NCBI GenBank assembly: GCA_049968235.1
Contig: JBMFRC010000009.1
Span: 64,001-128,000, forward strand
Direction of reading: 5' to 3'
Source: Candidatus Hydrogenedens sp.
GTDB taxonomy: Bacteria; Hydrogenedentota; Hydrogenedentia; Hydrogenedentales; Hydrogenedentaceae
DNA length: 64,000 nucleotides
The position numbers were made by a program, and so were the translations under genes. Under the pieces are notes generated by a model. It was given only the letters and a program-made list of their open reading frames with translations, searched no databases and was not told the origin of the DNA. The first letter of the stretch is position 1. Each line of letters begins with the position of its first letter. Below are positions 1-10,619 of this stretch, piece after piece.

Positions 1-154
1 CAACAATTCCCTGTACGCCATGTTTTGCACCGAAAATATGAGTAATCTGTGTATATTTTCTCGCTTCGGTGATTACACCAACTAAACTTTGATTAATAAC
101 CGCAGTGGGACCACCACCTTGGGCTACAAGTAAGTTACCCTTTAATGTTGACAT
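1..154 (-). CDS. pfk: 6-phosphofructokinase (ATP- or PPi-dependent), N-terminal fragment running off the window
   Basis: The reverse strand from 154 translates to MSTLKGNLLVAQGGGPTAVINQSLVGVITEA.., the PFK N-terminal GGGP.AVIN motif. The listed plus ORF 105..287 is probably spurious. Confidence 0.6.
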   Translation of the reverse strand, partial: MSTLKGNLLVAQGGGPTAVINQSLVGVITEARKYTQITHIFGAKHGVQGIV

Positions 155-300
155 GGAACTTCTCCTATTACTATGTTTTGCTTTAATTATTTTCGTTGGC
201 TACAGAATAGGTTTATATTATGCCATGATTGGGACTAAAAATACAAAGAGACCAACGAGACGGTATCTCTTTATATGGTTGGAATAAATTATTTCAAGTC

Positions 301-1539
301 TTATGAAAGAACTTTATTTTCCTTTTGAAATTCATTTTCTAATTGTTCCAATGCATGAATACCAATTTCAAGGGCGTTTTTCTGCCGTTCGGTAATCACC
401 CCTAATTGCTCTTGTGACAACAGATGTAGAATATTTTTTAAGGTTGTTATATAAGTATAAATTTGGGCTGTATGTTGAAGTGATAAATCAGATTGTAGGT
501 CTTTTAATAACGATATTTTTTTATTAATTTCTTCCTCCCGTTTATGAAGTAATCGTGAAATTTCTTCTAATCTTTTATGCTCCCGTTTATCTATCATAAT
601 TCCGAAGAAATATTTTCTCTGATTTTGATAAAAAACCTGAATAATGAAATCAACCGGTATTTCCTCCCCTGTAGAAGAAAGAGCAATAGCATTGATAACA
701 ACATTACTTCTTGACCTCAAGGCTAAAAGGTATTCTCCTATTACCGTATCATCGAAAAATAAACTTCGAATACGCTGTCCTATAAGTTCTGAGGAATCCA
801 TCTGGAAAAACTGAGATGTATATGCATTGGTGTCTGTTATGATTTCCCTCTCATCAAATACTAAAATGGGACTCTGAATGCTATCTAAAATAGATTTTAT
901 TATTCCCTGAGTATATAAAAGTTCCTGTTGTACATAATAGGATTCTCTCCGTATCTGTTGAATGTAATTCAATAAGAAATAGCAAAAAATACCCGATAAT
1001 AAAATCATAAAATTCTTCCAAAATAGGTAATATGTAGCGAATTCAAGCCTTTCCCAGAACCATATTCCCATAATGGTAAAATCTAATACAATAACACATA
1101 TAAGAGTTACAAGTAATGGGTGAGGTCTTTTCTGAGCATATATTAAGTTTCCAAAGGTAAGCAGTGGATAGAAAAGTATCAATGGGCTATACTCTTTTTC
1201 TGTTACCACGACAGATGCTGTAATTGTAAGTAGGTGGAAGAAAAAATTCAGAGGATTGGAAAATAAATAATATTGTTTGAGATAGAAAATAATATGTGTA
1301 AAAAGGATATGCAAAATAATACATAGTAAAAAGATAGGAACAAAATATTGCTGTGAAAATGATTCTAATACATAACCTGTAATGACGATAATTAAGATTA
1401 AATATCTAAGGAACAGAGATAGACTTTCAATGGAGGTAATAATTTTTATATTAGGTTCATTAGACATTTCTTCTGGAACAGTTTCTGTTGTCCAGAAACT
1501 AAACATATTTTTTATATTTTTTATCGGTTTTTGAAGCAT
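301..1539 (-). CDS. Membrane sensor protein with about 8 N-terminal TM helices, a PAS-like domain and a C-terminal coiled coil; no kinase or other output domain is visible
   Basis: A hydrophobic N-terminal half, a PAS-like segment (ILVFDEREIITDTNAYTSQFFQMDSSELIGQRI) and a coiled-coil C-terminus. Confidence 0.5.
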   Translation of the reverse strand: MLQKPIKNIKNMFSFWTTETVPEEMSNEPNIKIITSIESLSLFLRYLILIIVITGYVLESFSQQYFVPIFLLCIILHILFTHIIFYLKQYYLFSNPLNFFFHLLTITASVVVTEKEYSPLILFYPLLTFGNLIYAQKRPHPLLVTLICVIVLDFTIMGIWFWERLEFATYYLFWKNFMILLSGIFCYFLLNYIQQIRRESYYVQQELLYTQGIIKSILDSIQSPILVFDEREIITDTNAYTSQFFQMDSSELIGQRIRSLFFDDTVIGEYLLALRSRSNVVINAIALSSTGEEIPVDFIIQVFYQNQRKYFFGIMIDKREHKRLEEISRLLHKREEEINKKISLLKDLQSDLSLQHTAQIYTYITTLKNILHLLSQEQLGVITERQKNALEIGIHALEQLENEFQKENKVLS

Positions 1540-1714
1540 TATCCATTAACAAGTGATATATATTTGTTTTAGGTGTTTATTATATACATTTTCATGAAAA
1601 ATATCATATCCTCCAGATGTTTGTAATTCAAAGAATATTTTTATACAAAGGTATTTATGTATAATAGCCATAGATGTATTTATTCATCACAATTAACGAT
1701 ATAGGAGACTTATT

Positions 1715-3151
1715 ATGCCTAAAATCGCAATGATAGGAGCAGGAAGTATTGTTTTTTGCAAAACTTTATTTATGGACCTCGTTTCTGTACCTGCTTTTCA
1801 AGATGCAGAATTTTGGTTCATGAGTCCTACCCGAAAGAAATTAGAACGGATGAAATCCTTTGCTGACCGTGTGGTAAAAGATAACGGATTAAAGGTGAAA
1901 AACTATATTACTCAGGACCGTAGAGAGGCACTAAATCAGGCAGATTATGTAATTGCAATGCTTCAGATAGGAGGTGTGAATGCATTTAAATATGATTATG
2001 AAATCCCATTAAAGTATGGTGTTGACCAATGTATCGGCGATACAATGGGTCCGGGTGGAATTTTTAGGGCATTGCGAACAATCCCGGTGATGATGGATCT
2101 CGCTCGTGATATGCAGGAACTTTGTCCGCAAGCATATCTATTAAATTATGTAAATCCTATGGCAATGGTATGCTGGGCTTTAGGGAAAATTCCAGGACTA
2201 AAGTTTGTAGGTCTCTGTCATGGTATTCAAACAACGCTTGATTTGATTTCAGGTTATGTAGAGGTTCCCAAAAATGAAATTGATTATCTAGTAGCAGGTA
2301 TTAATCACATGGCTTGGTTCCTGCGTATTGAACATAAAGGGAAGGATTTATATCCTCTATTTAAACTCCGTTGTGAACAACCAGAATATTATGTAAATGA
2401 GAAGGTTCGCATTGAGGTTATGCGTCATTTTGGTTATTTTATGACAGAGAGTACAGGACATTTATCGGAATATATACCGTGGTTTCGTAGCCATGAAAGG
2501 ACATTAAAAACATATTGTGATGAACCTTCCTTTGGCGGAGAGTCCGGTGCATATTACAAATGGTGCAGACTAATAGCCGACCGACTAGAAAATGAAGATT
2601 TGTTAGTAAATGAACCGACAAGAATCACTCATCGAAGTGTTGAATATTGCTCCTATATATTAGAAGCATTGCAAACAGGGAAAACTTTCAAGTTTCAAGG
2701 AAATGTACGGAATGACCACTACATTACCAATTTACCAGATGGCTGTTGTGTCGAAATCCCTGTTTTTGCAGATAAAATAGGACTTCATCCAACACATATA
2801 GGTGCATTACCTCCTCAATGTGCAGGATTAAATTTAACAAATGTGAATGTCCAAGGTTTAACAGTAGAATCTGCAATTCAAGGAGACCCGGAACTGGTTG
2901 TTTCTGCCTGTGCTTTGGACCCCCTAACTTCTGCGTGCTTGTCTTTGAAAGAAATTCGTGATTTGGTGGCGGAAATGTTAGAAGCAGAGCAATCATGGCT
3001 TCCCCAATTTGCAGGGAAATCTCTGAAACCAACTCCGATAATATCCATTCCTAAAGATGTGCAGAGGGCAAAAGTGCCTTTGGACCCGGCTCTGGCTGTA
3101 GTTCATCGTTTTGGTGAATTAGCAGACAAGGCAAGTAAAACTACATCATAA
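1715..3151 (+). CDS. Glycoside hydrolase family 4 (NAD/Mn-dependent alpha-galactosidase/alpha-glucosidase, MelA/AglA-like)
   Basis: N-terminal KIAMIGAGS.VF Rossmann motif and the GLCHG catalytic-region motif typical of GH4; 478 aa. Confidence 0.8.
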   Translation: MPKIAMIGAGSIVFCKTLFMDLVSVPAFQDAEFWFMSPTRKKLERMKSFADRVVKDNGLKVKNYITQDRREALNQADYVIAMLQIGGVNAFKYDYEIPLKYGVDQCIGDTMGPGGIFRALRTIPVMMDLARDMQELCPQAYLLNYVNPMAMVCWALGKIPGLKFVGLCHGIQTTLDLISGYVEVPKNEIDYLVAGINHMAWFLRIEHKGKDLYPLFKLRCEQPEYYVNEKVRIEVMRHFGYFMTESTGHLSEYIPWFRSHERTLKTYCDEPSFGGESGAYYKWCRLIADRLENEDLLVNEPTRITHRSVEYCSYILEALQTGKTFKFQGNVRNDHYITNLPDGCCVEIPVFADKIGLHPTHIGALPPQCAGLNLTNVNVQGLTVESAIQGDPELVVSACALDPLTSACLSLKEIRDLVAEMLEAEQSWLPQFAGKSLKPTPIISIPKDVQRAKVPLDPALAVVHRFGELADKASKTTS

Positions 3152-3165
3152 GAAACAAAACAGGA

Positions 3166-4476
3166 GTGATACATATGTCTAATAACCGAAACAATGAGGG
3201 ATTTAATAGAAGGAAATTCCTACAAAAAATATCAGGGCTTGCTTTATTAGGAAGTTCTACATATTTTTCAAAGGCATTTGCGGGAAATGTCGGCTTATCA
3301 GATGTAATACATATTGCTGTTATTGGAAATGGAGGTATGGGTACAAGACATATTGAAGCCCTGTCGGTAAACCCTAATTGCCACATAGTAGCCCTGTGTG
3401 ATGTTGCAAAAAGTCGATACTATACCGCTATTGAAACAGTAGAAAAATTAACTGGCAAAAAACCAGAAGGTTTTCAGGATTTTCGTTATCTGTTAGATAG
3501 AGATGATATTGATGCGGTATTTGTCGCAACGCCCGACCACTGGCATGCATTACTAACCATTATGTTTTGCCGTGCTGGAAAGGATGTGTATGTAGAAAAG
3601 CCCGTTTGCACTACAGTCCAGGAAGGGCGTGCAATGGTAGATACATCTCGAAGGTATGGACGCATTGTTCAGGCAGGAACACAACAGCGTTCTATGCCTG
3701 TTTTTCAACGTGCAATGCATATAATTCATTCCGGTGGAATAGGAACAATAACTTCAGCCCGTGCATGGGTTGGTGTAAATGAATGGATTCCCGGGGAAAA
3801 GATAGAACCTATTCCACGGGGATTGGATTGGGATTTATGGTTAGGTCCTGCTCCGTATGTCCCATTTTCCAGAGAACGATTTGGTGGTTTTATGGGCTTT
3901 TTTGATTACGCGAGAGGAGGACAATTAACCAATTGGGGAATACATCTATTAGATATTGTTCACTGGGGGATTCAGCAATCTGCACCTTTAACTATTCAAT
4001 CCGGTGGCGGTAGTTACCGTGTAGGTGCCGGTGCGGATAATTACGAAACGATAGAGTCTGTGATGGAATTTCCCGGGTGCCTTGTAACATGGGAACAAAG
4101 ACATGCCAATGTACATGGAAATAAAGGCTATGGAATTGCTTTTTATGGAACACAGGGTGCCTTGTTTGTAGATAGAAATTCTTTTGTTATCCGATATAAT
4201 GATGGCTCTCGTCCTCCTGAATTTATTGGAGAACCTGAACGTAGTTGGGCGAATACAGACCATCACAATAATTTCTTTGATTGTGTCCGTACTCGCTGTA
4301 AGCCCCATGCGGATATAGAGCAGGGTTTTCGTTCTACTACAACCGTGCTTCTTGCAGGCATATCTTTGCGATGCGGTAGAAAATTGGTATGGAATGCTGA
4401 GGAAGAAAAATTTATAAATGATGATGATGCGAATCGTTATCTTGCCCGAACCTATCGACCTCCATGGCATTTGTAA
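3166..4476 (+). CDS. Gfo/Idh/MocA-family NAD(P)-dependent oxidoreductase with a twin-arginine (Tat) signal
   Basis: RRKFLQKISGLALLGSS Tat motif, VIGNGGMGTRH Rossmann motif, family-typical length. Confidence 0.8.
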   Translation: MIHMSNNRNNEGFNRRKFLQKISGLALLGSSTYFSKAFAGNVGLSDVIHIAVIGNGGMGTRHIEALSVNPNCHIVALCDVAKSRYYTAIETVEKLTGKKPEGFQDFRYLLDRDDIDAVFVATPDHWHALLTIMFCRAGKDVYVEKPVCTTVQEGRAMVDTSRRYGRIVQAGTQQRSMPVFQRAMHIIHSGGIGTITSARAWVGVNEWIPGEKIEPIPRGLDWDLWLGPAPYVPFSRERFGGFMGFFDYARGGQLTNWGIHLLDIVHWGIQQSAPLTIQSGGGSYRVGAGADNYETIESVMEFPGCLVTWEQRHANVHGNKGYGIAFYGTQGALFVDRNSFVIRYNDGSRPPEFIGEPERSWANTDHHNNFFDCVRTRCKPHADIEQGFRSTTTVLLAGISLRCGRKLVWNAEEEKFINDDDANRYLARTYRPPWHL

Positions 4477-4491
4477 ATATGTAAGAAAGGA

Positions 4492-6609
4492 ATGGTAATC
4501 ATGATAACTCCCTTATTAACAGCATTTTTTGTTATTTCTGTAATTCATGCACCTGCAGATTTTGACAGGACATTATCCATTGAACAACTGGTAGGAAAAT
4601 TAAATTCAGATAGTCCGCAGGAACATGCAATAGCAAGACAATTATTGCCCTTGAAATCTCCTATGGAAGTTTTACCTAAAATTGTCCCTGCCTTAGGTTC
4701 TGATAATCCCGATATAAGTGGTACCGCAAAAAATATTTTGTTTGATATAACTAATCGTATGGCCAAAGCGGAACAAGCAGAAAAGATGCAATACATTAAT
4801 ATATTGTTAAATTATTTTGCGGATACTTCATTAAAAGATTTATCCCGAGAATATATTTTAAAATCACTATCTCTTATTATGGATGAAGAAACCCCTACTG
4901 AAATTCTCCAAAAATTTCTATTGGAACCTTTGTGGACGGAAAAGGTGCGAACCGCACTTGTTGAAAATGGAACACTGCTATCAGCAAAAATTTTATGCAA
5001 TAGTTTGAACATTCTTTCAGACGAAGGGAAAACCGCTATCCTTCTGGGGTTATATCAGATGGATAAAATTCCATGTATAGAAGAGGTAGTTTCACTTTTA
5101 GATAGTCCCATGATGTCTATAAAGGTTGCTTCCGCACGAGTAATTGCAAATACAGGATTACTGCTTTATGCACCTAAATTATTTGATGTATGCAAATCCA
5201 CTCCGGAAACAGAACCTTTATATCAGGAATTGTGGGACGCTTATATTCGTTTAGCAGAAAAATCCGCTTTGAATGGGGGAAACTGGGATTACACAATTTT
5301 TATGTATCGAAATGTTATTGAAAATTGCAAAATACCGGCAATTATAGAATCGGCTATTACAGGACTTGGGCGATATGGAGACGAAACCATTATACCTGAT
5401 TTAGAAACGATTCTCTTAAATTCGGATAAAGAAATGTTTCATCTGTCTGCATTTCACGCAATAAAAATGTTGAATATACCATCTACTGTCCAACCCGTAT
5501 TAGAGTTATGCTCTAAACTTACAAAAGAAAAACAATTATATTTGTTACCTTCCCTGGTTCAAATAAATGATGAAAGAGGGAAGACAATAGTTCAAAATTT
5601 GTTAGAAGAGTCAGGGAGCAATGGTAAGAGGATGTTATTAAATGCATTTTACGAAAATCCATCTTTGCTATATATTAATTATGTTCCAACAATAATGGGA
5701 AATCTTGAGGAGTCCGAAAAACAAAAATTGGTGGAATGTCTCTGGCGGGTTGTAGCCTCTTATCACGAAGTAGAGGATTCCGAAAAACAATTTATGGGAA
5801 AGGCGTATTTGTATCTATTTAAATTATGCCCTCCAGAAGAACGAGAAATAGTTATGGATAGGATAAAAAAGTTTCCTACCCCTGAAACTGTAGATGTATT
5901 ACTTCCTGAATTGGGCAAAGAAGACCCCAAAAACTTACCTTTCCCCTTACTTTTTGAATTATATAACACACTAACCGATGATAATAAAGAAAAGCGAAAC
6001 CAGATATATGAAATATTGAGAGAACAGTTGGCGACCGTCCCTTTGGAAAAAATTATCAGTAGCATAAGTAATTCAAAAAATCTACCTCAGTTTTGTTCCT
6101 TAGCCGGTTTTGTTAGTAAATGGAACTTACTGGGACCATTTCCATGGAATACACAGGAACCATTTGTTGAAAATTATGGCTTTCCTCAAACGATTTCAAT
6201 AGATACTCCCTATAAATATAAAGACAAAGGGTATGACTGGAAAAAAGATGTTTCAGTAGAAGGTTGGGGATATGTAGGATTGATGGGTTTATGTTCACAA
6301 TCTTCGATGGACTGTGAGAATATATGTGCCTTTGCATACACAAAAATTGATGTTTCTGAAGATACTTCTGCCTTTGCCTGTATAGGTTCTGATGACGGTT
6401 TCCGTCTATGGATAAATCAGGAAGAGATTGTAAATAAGCATGTGGACCGTGGTATGAAAGTAGATGAAGACAAAGCAGAGATTCATTTCAAGAAAGGAGA
6501 AAACACTATCTTGCTCCAAATAACCCAAATAAAAGGAGGATGGAATTTCTGTTTCAGGTTAACGGATGCTTCAGGAAAACCACTTATATTTAATATAAAA
6601 CCTTTTTAG
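4492..6609 (+). CDS. Secreted HEAT/ARM-repeat protein with a C-terminal PA14/galactose-binding-like beta-sandwich domain
   Basis: Signal peptide, long alpha-helical repeat region, and a C-terminal about 170 aa with GSDDGFRLWIN...GWNFCFRLTD, which looks like a beta-sandwich lectin-like domain. Ends with a TAG stop. Confidence 0.45.
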   Translation: MVIMITPLLTAFFVISVIHAPADFDRTLSIEQLVGKLNSDSPQEHAIARQLLPLKSPMEVLPKIVPALGSDNPDISGTAKNILFDITNRMAKAEQAEKMQYINILLNYFADTSLKDLSREYILKSLSLIMDEETPTEILQKFLLEPLWTEKVRTALVENGTLLSAKILCNSLNILSDEGKTAILLGLYQMDKIPCIEEVVSLLDSPMMSIKVASARVIANTGLLLYAPKLFDVCKSTPETEPLYQELWDAYIRLAEKSALNGGNWDYTIFMYRNVIENCKIPAIIESAITGLGRYGDETIIPDLETILLNSDKEMFHLSAFHAIKMLNIPSTVQPVLELCSKLTKEKQLYLLPSLVQINDERGKTIVQNLLEESGSNGKRMLLNAFYENPSLLYINYVPTIMGNLEESEKQKLVECLWRVVASYHEVEDSEKQFMGKAYLYLFKLCPPEEREIVMDRIKKFPTPETVDVLLPELGKEDPKNLPFPLLFELYNTLTDDNKEKRNQIYEILREQLATVPLEKIISSISNSKNLPQFCSLAGFVSKWNLLGPFPWNTQEPFVENYGFPQTISIDTPYKYKDKGYDWKKDVSVEGWGYVGLMGLCSQSSMDCENICAFAYTKIDVSEDTSAFACIGSDDGFRLWINQEEIVNKHVDRGMKVDEDKAEIHFKKGENTILLQITQIKGGWNFCFRLTDASGKPLIFNIKPF

Positions 6610-6619
6610 GAGAAAAGAA

Positions 6620-7780
6620 ATGTTATATATAGCCCTATTCATTATGTCCAGTACGACTGTACTTGGTATGGATGCTGAAAATTATTTGTTCTTCCAACGA
6701 GAACGAATCGGGGAAGGAATCTATGAGTCTGCATCTATTTTTGATGTAAATAACAATGGCATTCTGGATATTTACTCGGGAGAATTCTGGTATGAAGGTC
6801 CCGATTTCAAAAAGGCACATCGCGTATGCGTTTTACAGCCAGTAGACGATTATTATGACGACTTTTCCAATTATCCGATGGATGTAAACGGTGATGGCTA
6901 TATGGATGTTATTACAGGTGGATGGTGGGGGAAAACTTTACGATGGCGTGAAAATCCTCAAGGAAAAGATAAATTATGGACCACGCATGATATAGCAGAA
7001 GTAGGTAATATAGAGCGAGCTATTTTTTGCGATTTGGATAAGGATGGTATTGCAGAAATTATTCCTGTTACAAAGCCTGTATATATATTTAAATTAAAAA
7101 TTTCAGATGATGGGAAACCTGCGGGTGAATTTATTAAGTATGAAATAAAAACAGATGGAGCGGGAGGACATGGTGCAGGTTACGGAGATGTAGATGGTGA
7201 TGGTAATATAGACCTGTTGTACGCAGGAGGTTGGTTACAATCGCCATCGAATCCATTTGATATATCTTCATGGCAGTGGCACCCGGAGTGGAATTTCGGT
7301 TCTGCCAGTGTTCCTATTTTGACCTGTGATATTAATAAAGATGGAAAGAACGATATTTTGGTAGGTTCTGCACATGATTATGGTCTCTTCTGGTATGAAC
7401 AAAAGTGTTCTTCTAATGGGAAAAGGATATGGGGAAAGCATGTTATTGATGAACATCGTTCTCAATATCATGATATTCAACTACATGATATTGATAATGA
7501 TGGTGAATTGGAATTAGTTACCGGGAAACGTTATCGTGCTCATGCCTTCCATGACCCCGGTTCCAAAGACCCCTTAGGTGTATATTACTTCAAGATAATA
7601 AATGGAGAATTTCGTCGTTATACCGTTGATTATGGACCTGCAGGAAAAGCAAGTGGTGTTGGTATTTATTTCTGGATTGACGATGTTGACAAAAATGGGT
7701 GGAAAGACATCCTTGCCCCCGGTAAAGAAGGCGTTTTCTTATTCCGTAATTTCGGACCGATAAAATCTGTTAAAAAATAA
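6620..7780 (+). CDS. FG-GAP/VCBS repeat (integrin-alpha-like beta-propeller) protein, secreted
   Basis: Repeated D.N.DG..D Ca-binding FG-GAP motifs (DVNGDGYMDVITGG, DLDKDGIAEII, DVDGDGNIDLL, DINKDGKNDILVG, DIDNDGELELVTG). Confidence 0.65.
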   Translation: MLYIALFIMSSTTVLGMDAENYLFFQRERIGEGIYESASIFDVNNNGILDIYSGEFWYEGPDFKKAHRVCVLQPVDDYYDDFSNYPMDVNGDGYMDVITGGWWGKTLRWRENPQGKDKLWTTHDIAEVGNIERAIFCDLDKDGIAEIIPVTKPVYIFKLKISDDGKPAGEFIKYEIKTDGAGGHGAGYGDVDGDGNIDLLYAGGWLQSPSNPFDISSWQWHPEWNFGSASVPILTCDINKDGKNDILVGSAHDYGLFWYEQKCSSNGKRIWGKHVIDEHRSQYHDIQLHDIDNDGELELVTGKRYRAHAFHDPGSKDPLGVYYFKIINGEFRRYTVDYGPAGKASGVGIYFWIDDVDKNGWKDILAPGKEGVFLFRNFGPIKSVKK

Positions 7781-7787
7781 TCACAGA

Positions 7788-8195
7788 ATGCGTAAACTCA
7801 CGGAATCATTTTATAGACATAAAAGATTTGTAAAATTTATACTGGCGGTGATTGTTGCAATTCATTTAGGTCTGCTGGAATCTGCATGGACTACTCCAAC
7901 AGCACCGGGAGCCGTAAAAGCAGAATTGGGAAATTTTGCTATTGCAGTAATTATGGTGATTGTTTGTTTTCCATGGGTATGGTGGGCTTTCGGATTAAGT
8001 ATGCTGGAAGAATTTATTCAAGTGTGGATTGGCAATGAGGGCAGATGGGTTCCCAATTGGGATTGGCTATTTCATCATTGGTCAGCAGGCTATTTCGGTG
8101 TGAACCTCTATCCCGTCTTAACATTTCCTCTGGCGTCAATTCTTATAGAACGCGGTTATTGGATATTTATCAGATATTCAAAACATAAAGAATAA
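7788..8195 (+). CDS. Small integral membrane protein, hypothetical
   Basis: 135 aa with about 3 TM segments; no recognisable motif. Confidence 0.35.
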   Translation: MRKLTESFYRHKRFVKFILAVIVAIHLGLLESAWTTPTAPGAVKAELGNFAIAVIMVIVCFPWVWWAFGLSMLEEFIQVWIGNEGRWVPNWDWLFHHWSAGYFGVNLYPVLTFPLASILIERGYWIFIRYSKHKE

Positions 8196-8365
8196 CTAGG
8201 ATAAGTTACAAAAATGTTTGTTTCACAATTTCTTTGACTACTACAATGTAGATAATTAAACGCAAAAAATTATTTTCTATATCATATTAGATGTTGGCAT
8301 AAATTTTGTTCATAACTTTTCAGGTGTGAAGAAAATTAAATAACAAATAAAAAAGGAATGTATAA

Positions 8366-9931
8366 ATGATAAAAAAAATCCTTCTTACACTTTTTATAAT
8401 TTCTTTTTTAAGTGTTTTGTCCTATGGAGAATTGGTTTCTGTTGAAATTGGAGGAAAACTTGAGATTTATGGTTTGTATTACCATGGTTTTATTGAACCG
8501 TCTGACCGGGATAGGATTCCGTCATGGGCTTTATCAGGTAGGACCATAGGACCTGATGGAACATACTCCGCTTATAGGACAGGAAGCGATTCCACTGGAA
8601 GTTCGTATGTTGAACAGAGGACCCGTCTCCATACTCGTGCAATGATGACCGATAATGTTTCCGCTTTTATTGAATTAGATTCAATTGATTCATGGGGAGA
8701 AGATTTTCGTTCTCAAGACTATTTAACAGGAAGAGACAATAGAGGTAATACCATTGATGATATTGAATTATTTCAAGCATATATACAATGTAAAGATATA
8801 GGAACTGAGGGTTTGACACTTACTATAGGAAGGCAAGCCATTGACTTAGGTTCAGGTTGGCTGGTAGGTTCAGACCCGGGACCTAATCCATTTACAGGGC
8901 TAAGTTTTGACGCAATCAGATTACAATATGAACAGGAATCGTATATACTGGATGTTTTTTATGCAAAACTTCTTGAAAGTATGAATTCATTTAATCATAA
9001 CGATGTCGATTTTGCGGGTATGTATTTTACCTGGAAGGAAATTATTGAAGGTAGTAGTATTGACCTTTATTATTTTCTGCTAAGGGATAATCGAAAGAAT
9101 GAAGTGACCTATGGAGACATTTTCCTGGAAACATTTGAGCGAATTTTGGACAGAGATAATCCATCCACCACTTATATTAATACAATAGGCGTGCGATTTT
9201 TTGGTGAATACAACAGCTTTGATTATGAAGTAGAATTTGCATATCAATGGGGAGAAAGTTCTGCTTTTGGTAATTTGTATGTTCCGGTTGATGGAATTTA
9301 TGGCGATAGTGGTGCGGATTGGGCATTACCTGCGGGTCATTTCGAAGTAGGATATACTATAGACGAGAAAAAATGGACACCCCGAGTTTATATAGGAGGA
9401 TGTTATTATGGAGCAGAAGATAATCGTTCTTTCTCATTTGTAGATTGGTTAACGGGAATAGGTGTCGGAGAAGCCAGTCCTTCATTTAATCGCTTATTTA
9501 CAGCAACCCGTGAAGATAATTTCATTGATTTATCCGGTATGACAAACTTCTGGCAATTGTATTCTGGGATATCTGTTGCACCTATCGAAAAAGTAGAAGT
9601 CGGGTTTGAAGTCGCTTATTTGCAAACAGTATCTGCTTTTGATAGACCTTATTCTTTTACAATTGGCAATGCAGAGTTTTATCCACTGAGTCCATTCTCA
9701 TTTTTAACAAGAACGAATAGTAAAGATATCGGCTGGCAAACACTCCTCAGTCTAACATATCAATATAGTGAAAACCTAAGTTTTGAAACCGGCTGGTCTC
9801 ATTTCTTCATTGGCGATGGACTAGTAAAAGGAACCTTTCTGGATAATTACGCTACCTCCTTTGTTTCTACTGTTAATGATGACGATGCCGATTTCTTTTA
9901 TTTATCAACAACAATCGAGTTTAATACTTAA
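8366..9931 (+). CDS. Putative outer-membrane beta-barrel protein (porin/alginate-export-like)
   Basis: Signal peptide, alternating amphipathic beta-strand pattern, many aromatic girdle residues; 521 aa. Confidence 0.4.
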   Translation: MIKKILLTLFIISFLSVLSYGELVSVEIGGKLEIYGLYYHGFIEPSDRDRIPSWALSGRTIGPDGTYSAYRTGSDSTGSSYVEQRTRLHTRAMMTDNVSAFIELDSIDSWGEDFRSQDYLTGRDNRGNTIDDIELFQAYIQCKDIGTEGLTLTIGRQAIDLGSGWLVGSDPGPNPFTGLSFDAIRLQYEQESYILDVFYAKLLESMNSFNHNDVDFAGMYFTWKEIIEGSSIDLYYFLLRDNRKNEVTYGDIFLETFERILDRDNPSTTYINTIGVRFFGEYNSFDYEVEFAYQWGESSAFGNLYVPVDGIYGDSGADWALPAGHFEVGYTIDEKKWTPRVYIGGCYYGAEDNRSFSFVDWLTGIGVGEASPSFNRLFTATREDNFIDLSGMTNFWQLYSGISVAPIEKVEVGFEVAYLQTVSAFDRPYSFTIGNAEFYPLSPFSFLTRTNSKDIGWQTLLSLTYQYSENLSFETGWSHFFIGDGLVKGTFLDNYATSFVSTVNDDDADFFYLSTTIEFNT

Positions 9932-10530
9932 AACTTATCCTTAATAACAAATTCTTCATAGGGAAGTTGACCGGCACGAGGCCAGGCAGGTTTTATTGCT
10001 TTACCTACTGCGATCATCATAGCAATAACATGGTCAGGTGGAAGATTAATTAATTTACCCACAGCATCAAAGTCAAAACCTACCATCGGACAGGAGTCAT
10101 ATCCCATTGCTTTTGCGGAAAGCATTAATGTTTGCCCCGCTATTCCACAGGAACGCATTGCCTCATCTCTTTGAACAAGTTCTCGCCCACGATAATATTG
10201 GTCTATGGCTGGGATAACAAATTTTTGTATATCTTCAGGTGCATTTCTCCAGTATCGTTCAGGTTGCTTTTCCCATGATTTCACATCTGCACACAGCACA
10301 ACAAGCAGTGAAGCATCGGTTACCTGGGATTGATTCCATGCAACCTCGCGAATCTTCTTTCGTAATTCAGGGTTCTGCACCAATACAAAACGCCAATTCT
10401 GGATATTGAAGGAAGTCGGAGACAAAAGCACCAAAGACATCAACTTTTTTATCTCTTCTTCTGTCATTTTGTGATTTGGGTCAAAATGTTTTACTGCCCT
10501 TCGTTGTTCAATGGCTTCAAAAACATTCAT
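9928..10530 (-). CDS. NAD(P)H nitroreductase family protein
   Basis: MNVFEAIEQRRAVKHF... nitroreductase fold signature; 200 aa. Confidence 0.8.
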   Translation of the reverse strand: MNVFEAIEQRRAVKHFDPNHKMTEEEIKKLMSLVLLSPTSFNIQNWRFVLVQNPELRKKIREVAWNQSQVTDASLLVVLCADVKSWEKQPERYWRNAPEDIQKFVIPAIDQYYRGRELVQRDEAMRSCGIAGQTLMLSAKAMGYDSCPMVGFDFDAVGKLINLPPDHVIAMMIAVGKAIKPAWPRAGQLPYEEFVIKDKF

Positions 10531-10619
10531 TATTTATATTCCTTTTTATACAGTTATAATTTTTGCATTGTTATGGTCTGGATTTATAACAAAATAAAAA
10601 ATGTTTTTATTCAAAAAGG

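Noticed and set aside
105-287. 60-aa plus-strand ORF at the window start
   Set aside because: It overlaps the 5' end of a clear phosphofructokinase gene on the other strand and has a hydrophobic, low-complexity composition.
2439-3032. Multiple 60-100-aa antisense or nested ORFs inside confident genes (for example 2439..2621, 2724..3032, 3567..3782, 3988..4470, 14297..14982, 27540..27864, 31377..31839, 42880..43470, 49597..50106, 57176..57586, 59036..59371, 60255..60625)
   Set aside because: Each lies wholly within a longer, homology-supported CDS on the same or the opposite strand. There are no motifs. These are expected random ORFs in AT-rich sequence.
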